From positions 13,888,001 through 13,952,000 of the forward strand of contig OZ231126.1 of assembly GCA_965153355.1 (NCBI GenBank): a stretch of 64,000 nt of DNA. The letters are read 5' to 3'. Below the pieces are notes generated by a model, which saw nothing but the letters and a program-made list of their open reading frames with translations, did not search any database and was not told where the DNA came from. Shown here in pieces: positions 24,924-36,836 of the stretch. The number at the start of each line of letters is the position of its first letter. Position 1 is the first letter of the stretch. Both the position numbers and the translations under genes were made by a program. The stretch is from Flaccisagitta enflata (lineage: Eukaryota).

Positions 24924-27127
24924 ATGCGTTATTCTAAGCTGTGGCTGTGATTGACAGGGCGATAGGGGAATCCAGACAGGCAGAATTGCAGGTGACAAGT
25001 AATCCGGGATTACAATATTGTTGCGCACCAGGCAAATTGATTGTGCGTTTTTTGGATGCGGACACGCAACTTAGCAATAGGCGTTTTCCGTCCATCCGTC
25101 CGTTGGTCCGTCTTTTAGTCTGTGATGAGTTGAAAAATACAAAAACGCGTATTTTTAATGCTGCAGTTGTGATTGTCTGTGAGAGTGTGTGAGGGATGGG
25201 GGGCGGGGTGAGCAAGTGTGGAGGTTATATTCCCCTTCCCAGTTCCCACTCATCCGCAACGATATAGTGACCCCGAGTCACTTGTTAAACTAAACGACTC
25301 AATTAATAGGGAAAGACGGGCAGACATGCAGACTGGCGGATAGACAAAACTTTTAGTTCTCGAGTCTGCGACTGGAAATATTTACGGTGATTTATTTCAT
25401 CAGGGGGAAGTGAAAAAGAAAAAATCGTCAATTTTCAAACAACAAAATATCTCATTTTTTTCGTTTGAGCAGGTAGTCCAACTAACTGGCTGTGCATTTT
25501 GCGGGTTTGCACCCCTTAATGGGCTGGGGGTGGGCAGGGGCAGGGGTAAGAACCCCTGGGGGCAATTTTTTTGCCAAAAATTAAGATAGGCTCATATTGT
25601 TGCAAATTTTCTGAAACGTCCAGATATGAAATTTCCAAAAAATCCATTTTTTTTAGTAAATTGGCAAAAAAATTTTAGAGTCCCAGGTTGAACTAGGTAG
25701 GGTAGGGTGGGGTGGAAAGGGTGTAAAAAAAATGATCAAAAATGTAAAGCTCATTCGATTCCAAATTGTCTGAAACGTCTAAATAACATTGTGTCAAAAC
25801 AACTTTTATTTTACAGAAATTTAACATTTTTTTTTCTGAGTCTGGAATTTCTGGCTGGCGTCTTAAAACCAGAAACTCTGTAAATTCTAGTTTTCCTTAT
25901 TTTCCGCTGATTTAATTAAGTTTCAAGGACGATATTGTTTATAATAGTGTTAGAACCACCAAAGATCGCAGGAAAACAATTGAAGCTTAATTGGGCATAC
26001 ATTTTTAAAAGCTAAGGTCGAGCAAGTGGGTGGGACAGAGGTTGGGACAATTAAACGTCTTAAAACCAGAAACTCTTCCTCTTGCTTCTTACGACTTTGG
26101 CCACACTTCATAACATCGTATCACCCCAATTTCTTTGATACTTTTGACTAGTGTGTTTTGAAACATGAAATGGGGTCAATCTGCCATGACGGTGTAGCTT
26201 TTTGGGGTTCAAATGAGCGTTTTGTAAGGTGGGAAGAAAAAGAGCAAAAAAAACGGACTTGTAAGCGATTGAATGAAAAGATGTTTCCATTATTTTATTC
26301 GACCTGTTGGTATCATTTTTGCGGCAATTATTATTAGGACTCTCAGGGCAAAAGACCAGAACCATAGAAAAATATAATTTCTGGTGAAAATGGGAAATTT
26401 TTGACAAATTTTCCACATCACGCAAAAATCACGCCTTTTTTAACCAATTTTAGGTGTAAGAATATTGGGTCAAATGAAAAAAAATTTTTACATGAGACCA
26501 AGTATGGCTCTGAAATTCTAAACAAGACCGGGTTTGTTCATTTTAATGTGCAAGATGGCCCAATGATGAGTAAATCTGTATGTTTATTGCTGATGACGTC
26601 CTTAAATGCACACTTCCGCCTGATCAAATAAATCACCTTACATGAAATATTTATACAGAATATTTACAAAATGCAACCTGCATTGTCAGCTTGTTGCACT
26701 CGGCTTATATCTCGTTCAATATTTATACGCAATAAATGCTCTAGTTTTTTTTTGTTTTGCTGTGGATGAATTATATACCGGTAACTAGATTACTTCAATC
26801 AATCATTGAAACCAGACGTTTTCTCTCTGATGAGTAGTTAAAAATATATCGTTTGTATAAGTGATCAGTTGGTCGGTCTGTCTGACGGTCGAGCATGATT
26901 ATCTAACAAACACAAAAATACACAAATACAAACACAGACACACACACGTAACACACACACACGTAACACACACACACACACACACACATACACAACTAGG
27001 TACAAGAGTGAGTGTTTGTTAGATAATCATGCTCAACCAAGAGACAGACCGACTCACTCTTGTACCTAGTTGTGTGTGTGTGTGTGTGTGTTACTAACCA
27101 AGACGCTGTGTCTGTGAGGCCTTTAAT
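24924..27127 (+). repeat. Copy 1 of a dispersed ~950-bp composite repeat (copy 2 at 61182-62787); each copy carries a different insertion
   Basis: 24924-25385 matches ~61182-61649 and 26638-27127 matches ~61646-62787 (the latter with an insert). Confidence 0.9.
25386..26637. mobile_element. Non-autonomous TIR element with 27-bp TIRs and a 4-bp TSD (TTAC)
   Basis: ttac|ggtgatttatttcatcagggggaagtg ... cacttccgcctgatcaaataaatcacc|ttac. The paralogous empty site atttacatg is at ~61644-61652. Confidence 0.9.
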
Positions 27128-27618
27128 TACTGGATAATACGGTTTGCCTATCTTGATAAATGATGATGATGAAAATCACAACTCAAAAATAAATCATCGA
27201 CTAGCTAGATAATTTTGGCCGGTTCCTCCCACTGCTAGTATGCGGTTTTACGAGAACCAAGTTTTTAAGAACAACATTTAAAGGTTTCATTCTAGATGAA
27301 AGATTTTAAAATTTTTGATAAAAAACGAGCACTCGCAGATTGAGATTTGAAACAATTGAAAACAAGTCCGGATACACAGCCATCAGATGCGGACGGTTTG
27401 GCAGGGCGGAAATGCGCGTTTTCCCACTTTTTGACTGGATCATTACGGTTCGACAGACGGACGGACAAAGCCTCTTACTGAGTTGCGTGTCCACAACTAA
27501 AAAAAGAACTTTTCAACGCTGAAATCTGTAAGATTATCCATGTGTTCTACAGGAAATTGGCCCTTTGGGGCCCCTGCCCTGCTCTCACCCCACTTCGTAT
27601 GTTCTAAAAATATCCTTA

Positions 27619-28155
27619 GGCAAAGGTGAAGGAGACGGCCGCACCTACGTAAACGTATGTTTTTGCATTCTTTTCATGCGATACCACTCTGACATGGGTT
27701 TTTCGGGTCAACCCTTCCCCTAAACCCCACCCTACCCCCAAACCCAACCCTACCCCTAATTCCAAAACAACCCTGCCCCCAAACCCAACCCTACCCCTAA
27801 ACCCAACCCTACCCCTAAATCCGACCCTACCCCTAAACCCAACCCTACCCCTAAACCCAACCCTTCTCAAACCCAACCCTACCCCTAAATCCAACCCTAC
27901 CCCTAAATCCAACCCTACCGCTAAGCCCAACCCCACCCCTAAAACCCTACTTCTAAACTCAACACTACCCCTATACTTAACCTTTAACATACCCTGCCCC
28001 TAAACTTCACCCTAAACATAATCCTACACCTAAACCCAACCCTACCCCTAAAACCTGTTTCAAACCTTTCAGAATGTTCAACCCTGTTGAAATTGATGAT
28101 AAAACTAAGGTTGGAAAGTTATAAACTTAGTGCGGCCGTCTCCTTCACATAGACC
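27619..28155. mobile_element. Non-autonomous TIR element with GG...CC ends, an 8-bp TSD and an internal 18-bp tandem array (Merlin-like)
   Basis: TATCCTTA at 27611-27618 and 28156-28163. TIR core gtgaaggagacggccgcac / gtgcggccgtctccttcac. Confidence 0.85.
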
Positions 28156-28316
28156 TATCCTTAATTTAGGGGCCATTCAAAGCCTTGATGTTCTTACAAA
28201 CTAGATTCTTATTAAAAAAAAAAAAGTAAATCGAGCCAGGTTTACATCACTACAGCAAATTGTAATCCTTGCCATAGGCAATAGAATATGGTGGTATTCT
28301 TTTCAGATAATTTGGT

Positions 28317-28332
28317 GGCCCTTAAAAGGGCC
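28317..28332 (-). terminator. Histone 3' stem-loop (SLBP site) with a purine-rich downstream element
   Basis: The minus strand reads ccaac-GGCCCT-TTTA-AGGGCC-acca about 30 nt after the stop. AAAAGAATA lies ~13 nt downstream of the stem-loop. Confidence 0.92.
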
Positions 28333-28362
28333 GTTGGGGTATTAGGAGTTGAAGGATGGAAT

Positions 28363-28995
28363 TTACTTCTTCTTGGGGGTCTTCTTGGCCGCGGGCTTCT
28401 TAGCCGCGGGTTTCTTGGCCGCGGGCTTCTTAGCGGGCGACTTCTTGACCGTCTTGGGCTTGGCGACCTTCTTGGCGGGGCTCTTCTTCACCGCCTTGGG
28501 CTTCTTGGCAGACGCAGCCTTCTTGGGCTTGGCGGCGGCCTTTTTCGGGGTCTTCTTGGCGGCCGCGGGCTTCTTGGCGACCTTCTTTGGAGACTTCTTG
28601 ACAGCGGGCTTCTTGGGCTTAGCCGCGGCCTTTTTGGGCGTCTTCTTGACGGCCTTCTTGGGCTTCTCGACCTTGGCGGCCTTGAAGGAACCGGCGTGGC
28701 CTTTAGCGGTGACGAGTTTGCCACCGGCGACGCCCTTCTTCAAAGCGAGGTTCAAGCTGGTGTTGGTCTTCTTGTTGTCCTCGACCTTGAAGTTGGCCAA
28801 GATATACTTCTTGATGGCGACCTTGGAAGATCCCTTCTTGTCGGCGAGAGCGACGATGGCTTTGGCGATCATCTCACCGAAGGGAGGATGGGCCGCGGGC
28901 TTCTTGGGAGCCTTGGGCTTGGCGGGCTTCTTGGCCTTGGCGGCGGGGGCCGCGGGAGCGGCTGCGGCAGGGGCGGCGGCGGCTTCTTCAGACAT
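28363..28995 (-). CDS. H1: Histone H1 (210 aa, intronless, replication-dependent type)
   Basis: [11 protein letters not shown]-tail. Winged-helix globular domain [26 protein letters not shown]...LALKKGV..GKLV..KG.AGSFK. K/A/P-rich tail with S/TPKK motifs. Confidence 0.97.
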   Translation of the reverse strand: MSEEAAAAPAAAAPAAPAAKAKKPAKPKAPKKPAAHPPFGEMIAKAIVALADKKGSSKVAIKKYILANFKVEDNKKTNTSLNLALKKGVAGGKLVTAKGHAGSFKAAKVEKPKKAVKKTPKKAAAKPKKPAVKKSPKKVAKKPAAAKKTPKKAAAKPKKAASAKKPKAVKKSPAKKVAKPKTVKKSPAKKPAAKKPAAKKPAAKKTPKKK

Positions 28996-29097
28996 GATGT
29001 CGGTCTTTGGCTTGATACCTGGGCTTAGGATGAAGAGAGAAGAATCTTGCTCGTTAGCTGTGTGCGATTTGGGATGGAGACGAGAGGAGAAATCGAG

Positions 29098-29179
29098 TTT
29101 TTGAATAGAATCCTTTCGTGAATCGAACCTTATCGAGAACAGCTCGCACTGAGTGAGAAAGAAAGGATAAAATGTGTTT
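29098..29179 (-). promoter_or_regulatory. H1 promoter: H1-box AAACACA (29173-29179) and TATA-like CTATTCAAAAA (29098-29108)
   Basis: The motifs are at the expected order and spacing upstream of the H1 ATG. Confidence 0.6.
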
Positions 29180-30295
29180 CGACGTGTGCTTGTTTTACAC
29201 AATTAAATCTATTTTTGTAGTATTTGTAAATGACATATTATTTTCATTTTGATGTTGAAAGAAAGCCCAGACTTTTTTCTTTTAAAAGAGATGCGTCACT
29301 TTTATATTTCCCATCGCAAAGAATGTGAATTTGAGTGTTTTTTAACGCATGTCGCTTTTCAACTGATGTGCTAGATCTCAGAATAACATAGAATGAATGG
29401 CATAAACAAATGTCGATTTAGCTAATGTTATGTAAACTGTAGCCGTCGTATTTTTACGTTAATGGAGGCTTCAGCGTTTGAAGTGTCAGTGACCAATTTT
29501 CTGCTCTACAATTAAGCGGTTCAATCCTTAAATATTACTAAGAAAGTAACTATATAGAAATGAAAAGAGAGGCAAAGCGAGCGAGAATCTTGCCTCGGAG
29601 CAACGAAAGACTTAGTTGAATTGCAAAGCAGACTACCTCGTATGCAATAAGGCTTGTTATAATTGTGCTTTGCCATAGTGAAGTCAGTTCCATGTGATTC
29701 GATACACAATGAGCTCGTTCGCAATGGTGAAAATTGCACTAGTTGTTCCGTAAGGCCTAACTTTGTATGCAATAGAGATTAGAGATAATTGCATTTTTCC
29801 AATGTGAGCGGTCGGTTTCCTTTATTTCGATACTGCGGCTTAAGCTAGGGATACTCTCAGCGATATCAGCTTGATTCTCTTGCTTTAACGGCTAATGCTC
29901 AATACAGTCAATACTGTTTTGCCAATGGAAAAAAGCGCTATACGATTGGCAAGCTAGTAAGCAATAAAACAGTCAATACAGCAAATTCCGATTTGCCATT
30001 GTGAATATTTACTTAGCCACTAATGACTAAGCCAACTCATGGAGGACCATGACCAATCGTCTTCATGCAACGCATTACGCGCAATTGTGACCATTTTGAA
30101 TGATTACCTCGTTTCATTCAGATAAGGTTCCCGTGTTAAGATTTCTCCTATTCTTTGTAATTCTTTCAAACTCGTTGTAGTCTGATTGCATGGACTTGAA
30201 TTTACCTGTGTGTTTGTCATTTGTCTGTCTTGCGTCTCTAGGTTGTATTTTCTGTCAGTCTGTCCGTCCGTTACCTGTTTCTTTTTAGCTTTCCC

Positions 30296-31692
<1,397 letters not shown>

Positions 31693-32286
31693 CAATGGAA
31701 ATCATCCATCAATAGAAATCATCCATCTTTTCATTTTTCCGTCATTCCCACTGATTTCTTTCAGCTGGAATCCATCTATCCATACACCTTACCGTCCATG
31801 ATTATATTCATCCATTCTCTGATCCATTCTCCATTTCATTCAACTGCAGTTCATCCATCCAAGGAATTCCAAATAAATTCCTCGACCATTCCAACAGATC
31901 GTTTGATATCATCGCGATGAACAAATCCGAATTCAAAATCCTTTTCCCTCCTTCAAATGAAACGTTTGGAGAAATTGAACTTGGAATTCTTGAATAACTC
32001 AGCTGACAAGGACAAAGGAATTTCGTTCCGCTCACAACGAAATTTGGCGGGACCCCGCGCTGCATCAAAGACGGACGACTTATTCATGGTCACAGCGACG
32101 TCGTCGTCGTCGTCGTCGTCATCTTCATCGTCGCTATCCAAAATTTCATCGTCGTCGTCGTCGTCGTCATCGTCGTCATCGTCAATCTCTCTGACCCAAT
32201 TGACAACAAAGGCAAATGAGGAGGGAAACCAGACCGACTTCAATGCCGAGAATGTCGATGGCACAAACAAAAAATGACCTATTGTT

Positions 32287-33290
32287 CACGGTAAAAAAAA
32301 ACCACAGTGGTTTGTTACCGGTTTGTGTATTTTTCGTAGGGACTTTTTTTCTTGCAGTGGTTTGTAAAAACCACTGACTGCTTCTTTGGCCGCTCTGAAA
32401 TTTAACAAACCAAAAAGTTTTCCCTATGGTTTGCGGTAACCTTGCGTGGTTTCTTGGCGCCCCGCGGCCCGCGCCCCGCGGTTTATTTTTTAAAAACCAA
32501 CCCAACGTTTAACAAACCACGGAATATATTACCTTGGTTTGTACAAAATACCCGCATCCCTGGCCGAAAAGGGTTTTGTGTATATCTTTGAATTCCTTAA
32601 AACCAGAAGGAATCGTTCCCTTGGTTTTTTAAAAACTTACTCCGGCTTCCACAAACCACTGATTATCTGTCGTTGGTTTTTAAATAAGAAACGAAGGTCA
32701 CATTGTAAAAAATTTTGTAAACCAAAGATATATAATCAGTGGTTTGAGCAAAAACAACTGGCCCAGAAACGTTTTTTTTCTTTCTCAGCCTTTCCGTGGT
32801 TTGTCCAAACCCATTTTAATAACACTGCTGGTTTGTACAAACCAAACTACTCTTTTCATCGAAACGCACAAACCCTTACGCAGGGTTTGTAAAAACCATG
32901 GATTCTGCATAATTGGTTTCCACAAACTGGATGTGGTAACATATTTTTATTGGGCCAACCCTACGCCATGGTAATTTACCTTCACGGATACAGCACAATT
33001 GGTTTGCACAAACTGGACGTGTATAAATAATGTTTTTTCCACAAACCTGAGCGTTTTGGTTTGTACAATCCGAATACCTATCGTCATTGGTTTTTAAAAA
33101 CCATATGTAATCGTTCCAATATTAATTATGGAAAATTTTTTTCATGAGCATATGGTTCTTACAAACCCAAAACGATGGGTACTTGGATCGTACAAACCTG
33201 AAGGATCAGGTTTGTGCACCAAAAATGATTGTAACGCGTCCGGTTTGTGTAAACCAACAAACCTGTCTGCGTTACGGGTGGTGAAAACCC
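32287..33290. mobile_element. CMC/EnSpm-type transposon terminus: CACGGTAAAAAAAA end plus ~1 kb of subterminal GGTTT(G/T)..AAACC repeats
   Basis: Dozens of direct and inverted ggtttgt/acaaacc motifs begin immediately after a CAC terminus. Confidence 0.65.
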
Positions 33291-33353
33291 TAGCTATTAT
33301 TATTTCTAGAGTGTTTTTTTGGGGCGTCCTCGAATCTCTTAAAAAAGCTTCAA

Positions 33354-34273
33354 AATTACAGTCCCCGACGGGGGACTGTAATTGTTGAAGCTTTCTCGTT
33401 GCGTAAACGCAACTCGAAAAGATACACGACAACAAAATAATTTAAAAAAAAAAAAAATTTGCAAAAAAAAAAAAAAAAATTATAAAAAAAAAATTTTTTT
33501 AAAAAAAATTTTTTTTAAAAAATTTTTTTGCCTAAGTCCTAGTAATATATTGCTACATAAATAAGCTTATATCTCATAAACCAGACTTCAAATTTATTTC
33601 AAATTTGGCAGGGGCTATTCAATTGATGTCCTTTACTTGTACATAAAATTAAAAAAAAAATTCACATAACTTTACTACCCTTTGCTTATGTAAACTGCCA
33701 AAGTCCTAGTAACATATTACTACATAAATAAGCTAATATCTCCTAACCCAGACTTCAGATTTAATTCAAATTTTGCAGGGGCTGTTCAATTGATGTCCTC
33801 TACTTGTAAACAAAATAAAAAAAAAATTCATAAACTTTTACTACCCTTTGCCTATGTAAACTGCCTAAGTCCTAGTAATATATTACTACATAAATAAGCT
33901 AATATCTTATAAACCAGGCTTCAGATTTAATTCGAATTTTGCAGGGGTGGTTTATTTACTATCCTCTACTTGTATACCAAATTAAAAAAAAATTCACATA
34001 CTTTTACTACCCTCTACCTATGTAAACCACCTAAGTCCCAGCTAAATATTACTACAAAAATAATAGGCAAAGGGTAGTAAAAGTTTATGAATTTTTTTGA
34101 AAATTGGTACACAAGCTCCTATTGACCTATAAACAACACCAGCAAAGTTTCATAAAATTTTGAAGTCTGGATCCAAAAATATGAGAAGGTTTTAAACGCC
34201 AAACGACAAACGACAGACTACGTATCACTGCTACTTCATAGTCACCGACGAAAACTGTTCGTCGGGGACAATA
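33354..34273 (+). mobile_element. Helentron-like non-autonomous element with ~166-bp internal tandem repeats
   Basis: 5' hairpin aattacagtcccc-gacg-ggggactgtaatt. 3' hairpin gtcaccgacgaa..ttcgtcggggac shares the gtc.ccgacg motif. Repeat units start at ~33530, 33697, 33863 and 34029. Confidence 0.7.
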
Positions 34274-35877
34274 GTCAGTCGGTCTGTTTCTCAGCTTCTC
34301 CTGTTGCTCGGTCTGTCGGTTCTTGTTTTTGCATCACTGCTCCTGCCCAACTGTCCTTATATTCGTCCTTGTTATTTCATTCAATGACGTACATTTGGAA
34401 ACAGTCATTTTGAATAACTTTTCTTCATTCATTAAATAAATTATTCTTTCATTCATCCATTCATTCATTCATTCATTCTTTCATTCATTCATTCATTCAT
34501 TCATTCATTTATTCATTGAAAAAAATTTATTAAAAAAAAGCTTATGGAGATGAAAAAATTCTCTTTAAGGGGAAGCATATCGTTACAGTCTTTGGCTCTT
34601 CCCTTAGGTCCTTTTTTTGTTCATTTTTTTGGTCCGTCCGTTGGTTGGTTGGTTGTTTGGTTGGTTGGTTGGTTGGTTGTTTGGCAAAGCCTATTGCCCT
34701 AAACTTGCCCTTTTTTTATTTTAATGTGAGTATATGTATAGTTCTTTCAGTTGGGTTGTTGGTTGGTCGGTTGGTTGGTTGGTTGGGCAGTCGGTACGTT
34801 GGTCGGTAGGGCGGTCGGTTGGTCGGTTGGCTGGTCGTTCTGTTGGTCGGTCGGTTGGTTTGTGGTTCAGGCCTTTCCCATTGAAAAAATTCAAGTGATG
34901 CCTCTCCCATATTGTCCTATTATGGGAGGTTTTTTTAAAAAATAATTTTTTTTTTAAAGTAAAAAACAAGTTAAATATGTGTCAACTTATTCTTTAGTAC
35001 CAGGACATGCAAATATTTTGTTTGGGCGCCCCCCCCCCCCTCCCCACAAAAAAACACCCTTGAGATAATATTTGTTTCACCACCGCGAAAATGGAAAAAA
35101 AAGAAAAAATAAAAAGATTATTCTTAAAGAAATCAAAACCTTTTTATTCAGTATCGGAATGGTACGTAAGCAACTTGTGTTTTTATAATGTATAAGGCTA
35201 TGTCAGCAACTGTTTTTCAATATAGTTTGCAGTGAAGAAGTACGCATAGGAAAAAAAAAACGGAAATAACGAAATCGATCAACGAGCACAGGAGAACCAC
35301 AAATAAAACTAAAAAACTTCGGCTTTCATCCAGTATCTGTCCATGAAAAAAACATTTTTTTTAAATAGAGACGCCAAATTGACATTTAACATGATTCATA
35401 ACAACCCCTAACACAACCCTTAACCACATAATATCAACACCTACCCCTACACACCACCCCTAACGCAATCCCCACTCCTTACCCTAATTCCTATCCCCAA
35501 CTCTAACCCCACCCCTAACCCTAATCCCTACATATAGGTATACCTACCCCTAACATGCACCCCCCCTATCAATATCCTCACTCCTACCCCCTACCCTACA
35601 CCTACCCCTACACACCTAATGCTATCCCCACTCCTTACCCTAATCCCTATCCCCGATCCTAACACCATTCCTAACCCAATCCACATTCCTAACTCTAAAA
35701 GAGCCCTAACTGGACCGCTTACCCCAACATCAGTTTTAACCTTAACCACCATACTATATCAGGCAGTTTACATGAATAACGCTGTCAATGAGCCTATGGA
35801 AATCTCAATTTTTAATTAAAGATGAAGGCCAAGTTTTAAAAAAATAAACTGTAAACAGCCTGGAATGAAACAAACTC

Positions 35878-36462
35878 TCAGTCATCATCATCAAAGGCAT
35901 CCTCATCATCATCGTCGTCATCATCGTCACCATCAGCCCCCTTATCATCATCTTTGGCATTTGGTTGGCGACTTCTCTTTATGTTCAACTTCAATCGGTG
36001 CGACGGTTTCTTGGGTTTCTGTTCACTCCGGTATCTCGCCGTGATTACCGGAATGATCTCGCTCTTCGCCTGGGCCTAGAGTGTGTTTGGTGTTGTGTTT
36101 ATGGTTTTGTGTTGTGGTTGGGGTAGGGTTGGGGTGGGGGATGGGTGTTGAATGAAGTTTAGTGGGTTAAAAATTAAGAAGTCACATTGTCACATTCACG
36201 CTCTTTTTCAGTTATTAAGTGTTGAGCCCATTTCTTGCTTTAACATATGTGTTATGTTGGTTGATACAGGGGCCAAAAATAAATTGAATCCTATGTTTTT
36301 ATCAAGGAATGGAAAACTTTTTTTTTGTTAACCCCAAAATGTCCCACTTTCTTATAATGGTAAAAATGTCACATGTAGGATTGTATTTTTTGGGGGTCTT
36401 TAAGGAATAAAAGTACTATGTAAACATTTTCCCAAAGCATTTACCCTTGGGGAAAACATTTG

Positions 36463-36541
<79 letters not shown>

Positions 36542-36790
36542 TATATGTTATATATTTATTAAGATTACTTCTGTTTTCTCAAAAAAGGAACAAATCACCT
36601 TTTTTTTTTTTTTTTCTTTTTAAAAAGGAAATCTAAAACTACTACTACTACAACTACTACTACTACTACAACTACTTCTACTACAACTACTACTAATACT
36701 ACTACTACTACTACTACCACTACCACTACTTCTGCTACGACATCTACTACTACTTTTTACCACTACTACTACTACTACTACTACCACCAC

Positions 36791-36836
<46 letters not shown>

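Noticed and set aside
28288-29104. 246-aa and 251-aa plus-strand ORFs
   Set aside because: They are antisense shadows of the H1 coding sequence.
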